The position numbers and the translations under genes are program-made. Positions 29,241 to 42,100 of a stretch of DNA of 64,000 nucleotides are shown here, one piece after another. The notes beneath the pieces were generated by a model, which searched no databases, had not been told where the DNA came from, and worked only from the letters and a program-made list of their open reading frames with translations. Origin of the DNA: Asterias rubens. Lineage: Eukaryota. The stretch spans positions 310,001-374,000 of the forward strand of contig NC_047073.1 in assembly GCF_902459465.1 (NCBI RefSeq), read 5' to 3'. The first letter of the stretch is position 1. The number at the start of each line of letters is the position of its first letter.

Positions 29241-32200
29241 GTAAGCCATATTTTCCATTATTTCGCTCTTCAAGTCCACAAACTGTCGAAAATCAGGATA
29301 GGTAGCGAGGCGATTTATCGATGATCACGCTGCACTGTCGCCATGCCCGTTTCAACGTGCATGCGCGCCTTCAAAATGGCCGATTTTTCCAGACGGAGAC
29401 CCAAATTCGGTGCACGAATCCGCGGCGAGTCGTCACTGTCAGAACCGATTGCCATCCCGATCGGAAAGTTTAACTCCTATAGATCATTCCAGACGCAAAA
29501 AATGAAGGACAGAGAGAGGTAAAAGTGGTGAAAATCATCATTTTCCAAATTGTATCTGGAGACCGGCGAACGGTAAGGGGATCTGGACACTTGGCTGGTC
29601 CACTGCAAAATGACTGTTGACCGAGCCGGGAACCTATGAGAGGGCAGCTAGCACGCATGCGCTATACGTTTTCTACAACACGTCTAGATTTTCTGTGCAT
29701 AATTTTTCTGTACATTGTAAATAAAATGGCGAGTATGGAGGAACTAGCGTTGAAGAAAGCATCATTTACTGAATGGAACATACTGTATATAACGGTAGGC
29801 TTGCTGCCTGTACAGCATCATGTACGTCTCAAAATGTGCACTGTTACTTTTGATGAAGGGAAATAACAATTGTGACATGATGTACTTTGTCCACTGATTT
29901 ATGTATACTATATGCAGTTTTATTTACCGGAATTTTCGGTCAGGAATTTGTGAAAATCCTGATATAAATTTACAATTTGTTCTTGCTGTAGATTTGTAAA
30001 TTGTTGTAGGCCCTGTCAGAATTCAGTCATCTCGTAGTTTTTGTAAAAGAGCGAGGGATAGATAGTCCTTGTATTGTATTTTGTATGGCCAGAGCTTGTT
30101 CCACAATCCACTCTGTGCTTGTTGAAAAAGCCTGTACATTCTAACAACCTAGTCTACCATCACTATTATAAGTTAATAACTAGTCCAATAATAAATAGAA
30201 CTTCAGAATCAGAAAAACTATGGATGACTTATTGAAAAAGACATTGTGGCATTGTTTTGGGCAATTTTCGGGGCAGTTAAAAACATGACTCGAGCATGAT
30301 AAGAAAGGTTGTCCAAAAGTAGTATAAACATCTACTTCAATTTATTTAACCCAAAATTTCAAAGTCCAATAGCGTGAAAAAGATGGTTTAAAACTAAAAG
30401 TAGGATTTAATTATCCACAGCAGTGTTGTAGCTAGAACATTTGTAGTGGTGGGCGCAGCTGAATTTAAACTTGGTCAGAGATTGCGAGCAGTGTGCACGT
30501 ACTTTGTAGTAAGGGTTGTTTTCAGGGCTAAATATTAACATTCCAATCGTGTCAAATGCACATTATGTAAGATGCAAGATTCACAAGTATAATTACAATT
30601 ATTATTACAAAAATGTGTCATTACAAAATAATTGTGATGCACTTGTGAACAGACTGTTTGTGAAATAGGTTCTGCTGTTTGCTTGTTGTAATCCCGCCGC
30701 GATGAAGTTGAGCTTGAACTTTGAAGGTGGAGTAACTGTGTCGATAGTCTCAGGTACAGTTTCATTCTCAGCACTAACTGCAAGCTGTACGAGATACTGT
30801 TATATCATCTTCCAATCTTTTCTGTTTTCCAAAAAAGTCGTCCAGCTTATGTTGCGAGGCCATCTTAAAATTTACACAGTTCTCATTCAAGTTCAAAACC
30901 CAGCGCGCTGTGGACGAAGCGAATGTGTTCTCATGCCTACATCCGGGATACGGGAACTCGTACACTAGACTTTACACACCCCTTGTACTGTTGTGTGGTG
31001 ATGCTGTTTGTGTGTACATGGAATGCGTGAAATCCCTGCGAAAACCTCACGACTAGACTTGTAGTGCACTCTAGGGTCTACCACAGCGCGCGCTGGTGTA
31101 CACCACATGTGCATACCATACATCGTGTACATGTGCACGGTACCAGCACTACTCAGACTGTATAGACGGTACGCCTTCTACACTGTACTATAGTTCGTTC
31201 AATAAAAACGTCGGGGCACATTTCACGAAGAAAACTTCACTAGATGGCAAGATGCAAGTTACGTGGGAAACACGTTTGAGGTTTTTATTGCTCCAAATTC
31301 TGGCAAAAAAAAAATACAAACTGCATTTAAAATGACAAAACACGAAAAAACATGACATTTTAGTCTTGCAATGTGATCAATAAAGCAGAACTTTTAATTT
31401 GGGGGGAAATTTTGTGGTAGGCGGCAGTCTATTTTTCAGCTGAATTGCCGGGCGGAAATTGTCAGTGCTGGGCGGGCCCACCAACCGCCGCCCACCGTGG
31501 CTACAACGCTGATCCAAAGTACACATTAATATGCCTTGAAATTGCACTGTTTTCCTTTTACCTTACAAACTAACACAGTCAGCCATTTTCTGGAGTCACC
31601 AATTTGACTCGACAAAATAGCGTGTCATGTTTGTTCATGAAAAAACGGGCAATTTCGAGGCATATTTGTGTGGATCATTATAATATACTTTTAAAACATC
31701 TTTCTAATCAAATAATGCATTTTAAAACAAATGGTTTTAAATGCTTTTCATAGACCAACTTGCCCAATCCAAGTCTACGTGTCCCTGTAAACTATGATGA
31801 TGTTGACTAGCATGATTAGTCACTGACAGAAAAAATCAACAGTCGCTAGAGGAAATAAATTCATATTTCTGTGACGTGTTCCTGACAACAGGCAAGAATC
31901 AATCAATCACTTCACATTGTTGTGTAATGATTGCGTTACATGTTATTAATAAGTCTGGGCGAGTAGTACGACAGTTTTGTAGTTGCGACTATTGATTGCT
32001 TAGTCGAATTGCGGCTTTCGTTTTTCACCAACTTGGTTAATTATGCTGCCACGACTACTATAAAAATAGTCGCGACTACCTGCTTCGTGAACCACATGAG
32101 ACAATCAAGACTATTTAATTTTATGACAACATAATTTACCTACGAAGCACAATGCATCCTGGGAATTAAAAATTAGCTGCGATTAGTATTAAAGTCATGA

Positions 32201-35200
32201 GTTTTTCAGGCGTGACTAGTCGAGTAGTAAATTCCACGAGTCGCCCAGGCATAGTTATATGTGCTACGTAAGGTTGCGCGTCAACATGAGATGGCTATTA
32301 ATACCAAAATGTTAAGCAATTGGTCCTCATCCATGAGAGACACCAGAGCAAGACGTTGTTCGGTAGAGAGTGCAGTTTCCTCTAGAGGCGGCAGCTCACC
32401 CAAATGGCGTCGCAGAACATAGAACGTTCAACATACAACAATGTAACCTGAAAATCTGAGGTAACTCTTCGAGGCTCTTGAATAACGCTAGATAGATACC
32501 GCCCTGTCCGTATCTTGACAGAGATTTGCAGTAAATTCACACGCACACGTATAAATTACATGGTAAATAAAATACCTCAGACCAATTAAAACGCAGATAT
32601 GGAAAGTTATCCAATGAAATCATTGGGCCCGTAAAACCAGTACCTGTCTCTATAAATGCTATGCGTGGTATAGGTAAACATTCTGCCCTTGAAGTCACTT
32701 CCTCAGTAAGAGTTCATGAAACTTATCAGCCAGTCCCAGCCATCTTGGATGAGACCAATGGTGCTGACTGCATTGCCGTGCTTACATAAACAATTTTAAT
32801 TTAAAAATGTTTTTGTTTGATTTCAGGTTACTAACATGGTTAGTGTGTTGGCAGCAATTTCATGTCTTGAGAACACCCAGATTACCAAAGAAGCTCTTGA
32901 GGTTTGTATTAAATTCAATGTTTCCCCCTGCCCTGCCAAACCTGAGACACCCCACCTCGCTGAACAAAAATAGCAAAGTGTTTCAGTCCCATTTTTATGG
33001 AATAGGGCATGCGACATGTATAGAACTTGTATCATGTTGTCTATGGTAAAGCTACGATCAGTGTGTCTGAAAATCATTGCAAGATGAATGTTACTTTTCG
33101 CTGGATTGCTTACGCTATGTGTCTCTCATAATTAGTCTTGGAACCAAAGAGGGACTGCAATTAATAATAATATCAAAGTCTTATATGCGCAGGTATCTAC
33201 CAAACAAGGTACTCAAGGTGCTGGGTATATATACAAACTTTCAGAAAGAAAGTTTATGGCAGAGATGAATTCTGAGACCCAATTATGTAGCACATTATAA
33301 GGGTTTAAGGTTGCTACGGCGATACAGGAGCCACACCCAGGAACACCGGGGCGAACCCCTTCTATACATACATACAACATACAACAAGGTATTTATATAC
33401 CGCCATTCCATCTAGATCACGGCGGTTGTGATGAAGCAAAGTAAAAATAAAATAAAAATAAAACATCACTGTGTATAAAGATGCGTTTTGAGTCCTTTCT
33501 TGAAAGTGTGAATTGAAGCAGCAGAACGTAGAGAAGCAGACAAAGTGTTCTATTATCGATAAAGGCACAGGGTTCTTTTACATGTGTTACATAACACATG
33601 GGACCAACGGCTTTATGTCCCATCCGAAGGACAAAGCAATGGTCAAGTGGCTTGCTTAAGGACACAAGTGGTACGGGCTTGGGATTCGAACCCACACTCT
33701 GCTGATCAGAAACACCAGAATTTGAATTCAGTGCTCTTAACCGCTCAGCCACGACACTTCCACAAGTTGACAGCTTTTGATACATTTTTAAAACTTGTAT
33801 ATACCAATTCTAAATTTTGTTGAACATCTTTAGATGGGAACGGTAAAGTTTATTCAAAAAGCTGGAAAATGTCTGATCAGAACAAGAGAACAGAATTTAG
33901 TGGTAGTCAGCGAATGCTGGTTCTCGACACTCACATCTGTGGTCAGAACCCTGAGCCTCATTGTGTTAATTACTACCCACTTGATAAACAAAACTCGCAT
34001 CAATTTTCCAAAGTATTTCTGTGATAAACATTCAGTGAAAGCAACTTGTACTTTTATTCAAATGCAGGAAACCCGTCTCGGTAAGATCGTCAATGATATT
34101 CGCAAGAACACGTTGGACAGTTCACTTTCCACCCGATGCAAGAAGTTGGTACGTATCTGGAGTAAGCAGTTTGTGCGTGGACCAGCCCCTTCAGGAACAC
34201 CCAGTAGCACCAAGCAGCCTAGCAGCACTTCTCAAGATGACACAACGAGCCGGCAACCCACTCCACCTACCCAAGGTGTTACCTCAAAAACACCCTCAGG
34301 GGGTAAACGAACTCCTAAGCTCAAAGCCAACACATCCACCACCCCGTCATCAACGTCTACAGTGGACAAAAAAAAATCAGAAAACCACAAGCGGAGGAAG
34401 GTTGAAAGAAGTTCCCCGGGAGCTCTATCGTCTACAGGGTCAACACCGAGTATCCCTAAGAAACCACGACCGGCAGTTAATACTACACCCACCTCGAATG
34501 CAACCAAAGATAACCAACAAGATCTGGACAAAAAAAATGGTATGCCAGTTGAAAAGGATGCAAGTAAAACCAATCTTCAAAGTTCTAAATCAGCTTTTGC
34601 CAAGGTGAAACCGTCAGATTCAAAATTGTCATCGTCAAGAACTAGTTCTCCGGCTTTGAAAGCCAAGGGAGCATCATCACCGGGTCTTAGTAAATTGAAC
34701 GCAAAGACTAGCAAGGTGCTTTCAAAGTCTCCTTTAACTAAGCCAGTGTTAAGTGCAGTTAATAGTAGTAGTAGTAGCAAAGGTTCTCCATTTGTTGTTG
34801 CAGCTTCTAAAGCAAGTAGGTCATCTCCGTCAGTGAAGGCAAAACAATCAACTGATTCTAATTGTGTAGATTCCAGTCATGAGGAGACGGATGAAACTAG
34901 AAAAGACAATGAGGCGTCAAAGAGTGACTCGGCATTAAGTCGACTACAAAACAAATCTCCAAAACAAAGTGTACATAAAAATCTTTCAGATTCTAATTCT
35001 AGTTCGGCGACGGTGAAGTTACGGTCGCCCTCACCGAGCATATCACAACAACAAACAAGTTTTACAATAGCCAGTTCATCAGTTGAGTACGACACTTTAC
35101 GAGCGGGATCTCAGTCCAGTGAATTAGATCCTTTTATACCAGAATCATCGAAGACTTCCTTCTCGATGTTTGATGATGATTTTGATGAAGAAGGCGATAA

Positions 35201-35573
35201 TCACAGCGATGAGAAATATAGCCAAATGTTATCCCAAATTGACACGGAGAAGGTTCTATTGAGTTTAGCACCATCTGTTGAAAGTGAGCCGACGACACCT
35301 GGAGGGAATCTTCCCATTGAAATGACTGATGAGACTGATGGTGGAGTAGATGAGGGGGAAGTTTGTGAGGAGCAAGAGGAGGAGGAGGAGGAGGTACTAC
35401 CGTCCAAACCAGTTACAGTGGAAGACATCCAAAGAATCCATCAAGCAGAATGGGATGGAGTCAATGGTTGCTATAACAACAAAAGGGAATGGTTTGATTG
35501 GACGCAGTCCTTATCTAATGCTACCATAGATGACGAGGCCTTGCATATTTTACCATATATTTGCCTAGATTAG
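29178..35573 (+). CDS. MED26: Mediator complex subunit 26 (3 coding exons, 547 aa)
   Basis: Exons 29178-29240 (MPPTPSQIKEQLLKATDQDAK, GTAAGC), 32827-32901 (VTNMVSVLAAISCLENTQITKEALE) and 34068-35573 (ETRLGKIVNDIRKNTLDSSLSTRCKKLVRIW...). The N-terminus is the TFIIS-N/LW domain of MED26. The C-terminus WDGVNGCYNNKREWFDWTQ...LHILPYICLD matches the conserved MED26 C-terminal motif. Two small exons plus one large terminal exon is the known MED26 layout. Confidence 0.92.
30421..31511. mobile_element. Non-autonomous hAT-like DNA transposon in MED26 intron 1
   Basis: TIRs CAGTGTTGTAGC / GCTACAACGCTG; 8-bp TSD ATCCACAG (30413-30420) versus ATCCAAAG (31512-31519). Confidence 0.78.
32827..32901 (+). 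CDS. MED26: MED26 exon 2
   Basis: TTTCAG acceptor, 75 nt, ends ITKEALE, donor GTTTGT. Confidence 0.88.
33160..33760 (-). mobile_element. tRNA-derived SINE (interrupted) with (TTA)n tail in MED26 intron 2
   Basis: Minus strand: A box TGGCTGAGCGG, B box GGTTCGAATCC, central GTGTCCTTAAGCAAGCCACTTGACC segment, AT-repeat tail near 33160. Related pieces at ~15380-15530, 52280-52490 and 63350-63505. Confidence 0.7.
34068..35573 (+). CDS. MED26: MED26 terminal exon (S/T/K-rich linker, acidic tract, C-terminal domain)
   Basis: TGCAG acceptor at 34067 inside the 579-aa ORF; TAG stop at 35573. Confidence 0.93.
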   Translation, partial: ETRLGKIVNDIRKNTLDSSLSTRCKKLVRIWSKQFVRGPAPSGTPSSTKQPSSTSQDDTTSRQPTPPTQGVTSKTPSGGKRTPKLKANTSTTPSSTSTVDKKKSENHKRRKVERSSPGALSSTGSTPSIPKKPRPAVNTTPTSNATKDNQQDLDKKNGMPVEKDASKTNLQSSKSAFAKVKPSDSKLSSSRTSSPALKAKGASSPGLSKLNAKTSKVLSKSPLTKPVLSAVNSSSSSKGSPFVVAASKASRSSPSVKAKQSTDSNCVDSSHEETDETRKDNEASKSDSALSRLQNKSPKQSVHKNLSDSNSSSATVKLRSPSPSISQQQTSFTIASSSVEYDTLRAGSQSSELDPFIPESSKTSFSMFDDDFDEEGDNHSDEKYSQMLSQIDTEKVLLSLAPSVESEPTTPGGNLPIEMTDETDGGVDEGEVCEEQEEEEEEVLPSKPVTVEDIQRIHQAEWDGVNGCYNNKREWFDWTQSLSNATIDDEALHILPYICLD

Positions 35574-38023
35574 TGTTGGACAAGTGAGAGGTTTCCATTC
35601 CAATTTGTCTACAAGTGCCACTCTTTCAATAAGTTCCACAAAAAGAATTGATTTTGGGGTGTTTGAATTTCATGAAGAAACATCTCAATTCTGTCTGATT
35701 AATGTTTATAACATGGACAGATTAAGACGTTATGTGTTAATACAGGATATCTTTTACACAAGGTTTGTTAACTCGTACCCAACCAACTAGCAATGTGCAA
35801 ATATAAGATGGTTTAAGGCTGGAAAATTGATATTAGCTCTGTGAGAAATTAGAAGTTGACGACGGAACTAGTTTTTTAACTGCTCTAGTTCAGGCGTTAT
35901 TTTTCTGGTAAACATCGTACAAGTTGAAATTGTTCTACTCTTGCGACTGTTAACGACGACTGTGTCAGATTGTCTTAAAATCATCACAGTTACGATCAGG
36001 TCATAAATAATCGCCAACTGAAAATGGTCTGAGCTCAGGCGCAGTGTGATCCTGAAAGTCATTCGCCAACTGTTTTTTGTTGACGCTAGGTGGAACTGAC
36101 GTCGGCTTTTAGGGTTTTGATTAGTATGAATGGATGGTCTCATCCAAAGATGTACAACAGGACTCAAAACTTTATCTGCAGGACCAAAATCAAAATAAGA
36201 AAAAACTGTTTTCCACAGTTTAACTTATAAACTGTTTTTATCGGAACATGTCTAAATCTGTTTTGAGCAGTGTTTTTTTCCTGAAAGCGTTTTGATCAGT
36301 CGCTCTAATCAAAATGTTTAGTTGTCAACCATTGGTTCTTTTCAGAGCCAATACTACTTTAAAGTGATTCACACATAGTGCTACCACTAACCTCACGTTG
36401 TTAGCCTTCAGCACAGTTCTAAGAACATCAGTGTCTGCTATGTACATTCAGCGATTTCCCTAAACAGTGGTCTGCTGGCCAAATGCCAGTTAAAAACACA
36501 CGATGATCAGTCAAAATGCACTCCAAGTGGTCCTCTTGGCTAGTACAGTGTTGAAAAGCATCCATATTTTATAGTATACAAATATTGACTGCTTTGAGTG
36601 CTATGGTTTTAAACTACCCTCCTGAGATGATCCCCGGAATCGGCAGAAAATGGAACGGTCCGGGGATCACCGAGGGAGTCGTAGTTTTAACCATAGCACA
36701 ACTTAAAGCAGGCAGTGTTTTATAACACCCCAACAGACTATTTATCATCTTAAACACGTATTGTTCGAACGCGCGTTTCAGATACACAGATTCACAATTG
36801 ATTGGGTTCGAGGTGGGTAAAAAGACGTCTGGGTACTGCACGCCGTGTGATAGTCGTTGGACTATCACACTGCAATTGATGCACTATCACACGGCAAACG
36901 ATGCACTATCACACGGCCGCGGTCCTGTACAACTAAGACATACCATGTGCAGCGTTTTAAACCAATGAAAAGGCAGATATTTGTAGGGGGTGTTAAAATA
37001 AGAAATATAAACCAGTGCAAAGCCGACGGACTAGTGAAACGACAAGCTACTGACAAAGTAAAGGGCAAACTCTGTATACACCAAACAAGGAGAACTATGG
37101 GAGAAATATGAATAAGACAAATTGGTTTTTGTTATATTAAAGACTACATGCTGTATTTGTTCTTTGCCGAGCAATAAATTGCGTTAAGTATGTACCGTAC
37201 ATTTATTGTTGAGACAGTGGTTAAATCTAATAAACATGCTAAGCAAATAAAACATGCTTAGTAGAAATGGCTTATTCACCACTATGATGTACATGTTACC
37301 TGTTTTGCTTAGGGGCCAAATTTTATGTAAGAAGAAGGTGTCATGGTGAAAACACTGCTCCAAAGGAACCAGTTTAAAAGGTTTTAAACAAATTGACGAC
37401 CTATTGAATGATGATTTTGTGCTGATTCTGTGCTTATAGTAAGCAGAGTGAAGACATTGGTTTCTTACACCATGACACAATAAAACTTGCTCCCATTTGG
37501 TGAGTCAAGTTCCCCGTTTGTTACTGTGCTTGACATGCATTTTGACTGCATTTTGACTCAAAATGGCAGACGATGTGCACATTGTATGCACCTTGGTGTG
37601 ATGTCAGTGCAAGGGGGCATGTTGTAGCTTTCTTTTTGAAATAATCTATAAAACTGAATATGTTTGTTTTGATTTTCACACTTTTTTTCGATAATGCCTT
37701 TCATTTACATGCGAGTGGTACAGTTCTATATAAATATAGTATATAAAATGAATTCTGTGTACAACAAGATAACTTGTTTGGGGGGAAATGTATTCAAGTT
37801 GTTGGGTAATTTACAGTCAACTGAAAGTTACTTTTTACGATGACTTGAATTTTCCTTTGGAGTTTTGTGTAATTTTCAGCTTATGTATCCTGTTTTGAAA
37901 AAAAAAATAAAACAAACTAATACCAGTGTTACTGTAACAAAAATAACATTTTGTTCTATTTTGGCTGAAGGTGTCCATTTAAATGGAAACAATACAATAT
38001 AGACTCAAGATGGACTCACTTAA

Positions 38024-38354
38024 AGGCACTGGACACTATTGATAATTCCTAACCCTCGGAATAAGTGTTGGCATAAAAACTTAATTGGTAACTAGCAATG
38101 GAGATCTGCACTAGTACATGTACATTTATAAAACATGAGAAACTGTTCCCTCTGGAGGTAACTTCTCAGTTAAATTTTAAAACTCTTTAGACCTGAAACA
38201 TTGTTTAGGAATCTTAAGCCACATCAACTTGTGCAACAAGGGTGTTTTTATCTTTCATTTTTCACTTGAAAAACTTTGATGACCAATTAAGGCAAAATTT
38301 GCACAGATTTGTTTTAAATGCGTATTTGACAATTGCCAAACGTGTCCAGTGCCT
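38024..38354. mobile_element. TTAA-AGGCA MITE family (T2/Kolobok-like), copy
   Basis: TTAA|AGGCACTGGACAC ... GTGTCCAGTGCCT|GTAA; same family as 49840-50172 and the half copy at 205-390. Confidence 0.75.
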
Positions 38355-39111
38355 GTAACAAAAAACTAAATACATGTTAGTTAAGAGCTGTTACACGAGT
38401 TGTAAATTGAAAGTTGTAATTTTATGGAAATAAGAGAACTAAGTTAATAATGTTTGAATTTGAGCAATAATAAATTCAAAGGAATCTTTCGTTGAAATAT
38501 CATTTGTATGTACATGTACTTTGTTGTTTGTTAGCCTATATCTCACTGTTCCGGTCGCAGCTTTCTTGTATCTCACACCCCCTTTAAGTAACCTATGATA
38601 TTGGGGGCAACCCTTATAATACAATTAGTGGGTCTAATCACGCTTTGTGTTTATCAAGTAATCACCTTTAAACATACATAGCGCCCTCACACGACAGAAT
38701 GTTTTTTACAAGCAATCTGCCCGTGGTCATGCGGTTTACAACTCCCCCCCCCCCCCCCCCAACACACACACAGGAACTTCTTAGAAAGGAAGGTGACGTC
38801 ATTACAATCTCGTCTATTATATTATGGGCAAGAATTGTTTTTGTCTTTGGGTTTACATTGTTTTTAATACCAAGACCTGTCATTTAATTAATCAACATAT
38901 ATCAGACACTAAATAAATATACTTTTTTGTGGAGAAAATGTAAGTAAAATGTAAAATAACCTAAAAATACAGAATTATTTATCACTTTGATTTTATTTAT
39001 ACCCCATTGACAAAGTTGACTAGCCCTCTTCAGAAAGTTTGACAAACGAGGGGGCAGACGATAAACTGAGCACGCACAATCAACACACTTCATAATAGAC
39101 GCTGTCCGACT

Positions 39112-39187
39112 ATGGCGAAATACAAAATGAACGGTGTGCTTACTTACTTCCGGGTGGTAATTTTACTTCTTTCGAGTTCTGTAAAAG
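39112..39187 (+). CDS. Tie-like exon 1, signal peptide (MAKYKMNGVLTYFRVVILLLSSSVK)
   Basis: Basic N-terminus, hydrophobic core, phase-1 donor G/GTAAGG that splices in frame to the Ig1 exon. Confidence 0.75.
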
Positions 39188-42100
39188 GTAAGGTTATTGT
39201 CGAAAATGATTTAGTTTTCATGACAGAGTAGTTATGGTCATTGTGGTTTATTAACTATCGGTGTTTTGAGACGGTTGTTGACCGAGATACTATCTAAGTT
39301 TAAATCACAGGTTGCTATTTTCCCCTTCTTAAAAGTTTTGGCACACACACGTATATGTAGGTACACATTGGGGACCGTCCGTTTCAGAAACGAAGTTTAG
39401 TCGGGTTAGCAGCTGCACTGCAGTGGTTTGACATTTTGACTTTAGAGACCTAGACGAGACTTTTAAAAGATTCTGTTTTTTAACTTTACCCTTACACCAA
39501 TGGCAATCCGCAATGTGTATGCTAATATTACAATATTGTAATAAACACTGTTAGTGTTAGTGTTATACTAGTGTTACGTAAACTCTGTACTTTCCCAAGC
39601 CAAGGGTCCTTTCCAAGTTCTGTGAAAAACCTACTAATAAAGGTCAATCACTCGGGTAGGATTCAAACCCATGACCTTTGCATTGCTAGAGGCAGCACAA
39701 ATGTCTTACCACTCTATAGATGATGCCAAGCTTGAGGCAGTTTGAATTTGCGGGTACAGCAGTTCACGCTGCTAAGGATTTCACCATGCGAACGGCCTCT
39801 AGAAAATTTGACAGTAGGACATCAGTTGTAGGTTGTTTACAAAATAATACAACTGTCTTGTTGTGTGACTCCATCTGCTTACAATACACATATACAGGAA
39901 CCACCAGCAATTTAGCATGCTCTTGCCATGCAGGGCCATGAAATAGAAATTAACTGAACTTTATTTTCAAATCCAAACATAATGGAGGTGTACATGAAAT
40001 GCATACAGCAAGCTTGGCAATTCTGCTGGAACTACTAAAAAGTCTGGCTTTCACTTCAGGGACTAATTTCATAAATCTGTTACAGAAAATACAATACTTT
40101 TTCTGCTTAGACAGATTTTTTATACATTACGACTTTGTGCTCATAGTCTTTATGAACCTGAAAATCTGAGAAGTTCTTTGAACACAAGAAGCATGGACTA
40201 AGATTTGAAACCAAAACTTAAGGCCGTCAAGATTCTTAGAATGAAACTGGAAAAAGATAAAACAGAACCCAAGACTGAAGCTGCCGTTTAGAGCATATTA
40301 TGTTTCCAAAGACTAATTGTTTCATATTTTTATAATAATAATAAAAAAATATCATAATCAACTCATAGAAAGCAGTTAAAACTGGTTTTCATTGTGATGT
40401 GTATTACTATACCCAGGCATGCAACTTCAAAAAATGCCTACTAATACTTGTGTGAAACTGTGTAGCTTTTCACTTGTCTTTCTAGGCCACTAATGTTGAG
40501 CTACAAGCCCTACGCTCTTGTGGATTTTCCCCTTTTATTTTATAATAGCATCAACCAGGGGAGACACTGATAACTGCAGGCTGGATTTGATTCCATTGTT
40601 TTTGGTTAAATACAAAAAAAAATCTGTCTGTTCAATTTGAGACATTTTTACTAATTGAGAAATCTTAAGAAGTTAAAAGAAAACTAAATTGGCACTCTAT
40701 CAAGTAGTGTTTTTACTTGACAAACTGAAACCCAAAAAATCTATGAACTTTTGCAATCAGCCAACTCCGCCACTAAACAGCAAAGTTGAATCAGTGTTTG
40801 TACAGGCTGTACAGATTGATCTCAGGCCAACTTTCCTTCCTGTCGTAAACACAGAATGGCATTGTAATCTGGAAAGAACCAACAACAACTTCCTCCACAA
40901 ATGTTCTTACTCACTGAGGTTTCCTTTTTGGCCTTGCTATCATTTGCGAGGGGTGTACATGCTTGGTGGGTGTCACCATAGAGGAAGGACAGAGTGTCAC
41001 CCTCAATGTTATATTGGTAGTTTTTACTATTACTGATCTGAATATAAGATAATACTTTATCAGGAAGCAGCAGCCAGCCAGACTTTGAGGTGGGGGGGGG
41101 GTAGGCACAAGTGAGGACATCTATGGAAATATCATGGTTTTTCTTTTGCCAATTTAAGTTTGATGTCTTTGTGATGCCATGTTTTTAGACTGATGTTGTC
41201 CGTCTTATGTTCTTAAGAGACTCTCTATGATTCAAAATTATATTTAGAATTAAAAAATAAGGGGCATCAAGGCAATGACCAGGTGCATTGAGGTACGCCT
41301 CTGTTACTGTCATGAACTCTCAGGTCTTAGACTAAATGCCCCACATAAAAATATAAGTGAAAATATAATAAATTATTTCACAATATTATTCTTGTTCTTT
41401 GGTGGATTTCACAAAGAGTTGAGACTAGTCTTATCTCGAGTTAAAACGAGTTTCTCATAGGACTACCCATGCGTTTTTTTTATCTCCAAGTCCTAGGAAC
41501 TCTTTGTAATATCAGATACTTATCTTATAGATCTGTTTATGAAGGGCATCCTTATTGTTTCCTGCACTATCTGTATATTACCAAGTTTGTATGCTTCATT
41601 ATTGAAAGGGAAGGGGCACTAAGACAATTAATTGTACATTTCTACTGAACAATTTCAAGGGCACAAGGGGGCATAAAGGCAAGTATCAGGTCTGTATTTC
41701 TGCTAAACAGGACATCACAGAAACAAGACACTAACAAAGCACTTGCGCTTTTCTCTGTCTAGCTAGTAATAGGAAACTTGCTGGTGAGCACGTGAGAAGA
41801 GAGAGCAATTTGATGTGCTATCAGTTAGTGTTGTAGCCATGATGTGCAGTGCCGGGCAGGTCTACCCAGAACTAACATCGCCCAGCACTCTGTGCAAAAT
41901 ATACTAAGGTGCTGCCCAGCACAGATTTTCCCCAGATTACACTTCAGCAATCTCCCTAACGTTATCTAAACATGAATAATTTTGTTGAACCGTTTACCTG
42001 ACTCAATTGGATTCAGAGCCCAACATGGCCAAAATTAGTCTAGCTGCTGCTACCAGTCTTCATGTAGACCTACAAGGGCACTACCTAACAAAACGAAAGG

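Noticed and set aside
28845-29279. 144-aa minus-strand ORF
   Set aside because: Antisense shadow over MED26 exon 1 and promoter; no domain signal and no ATG-donor structure fitting transgelin.
33834-34067. N-terminal 78 codons of the 579-aa ORF as the MED26 start
   Set aside because: This is open intron sequence. Homology begins at ETRLG right after a TGCAG acceptor, and the true N-terminus is supplied by exons at 29178 and 32827.
34093-35428. Overlapping alternative-frame and antisense ORFs within MED26 exon 3
   Set aside because: Expected by-products of a long S/T/P/K-rich coding exon.
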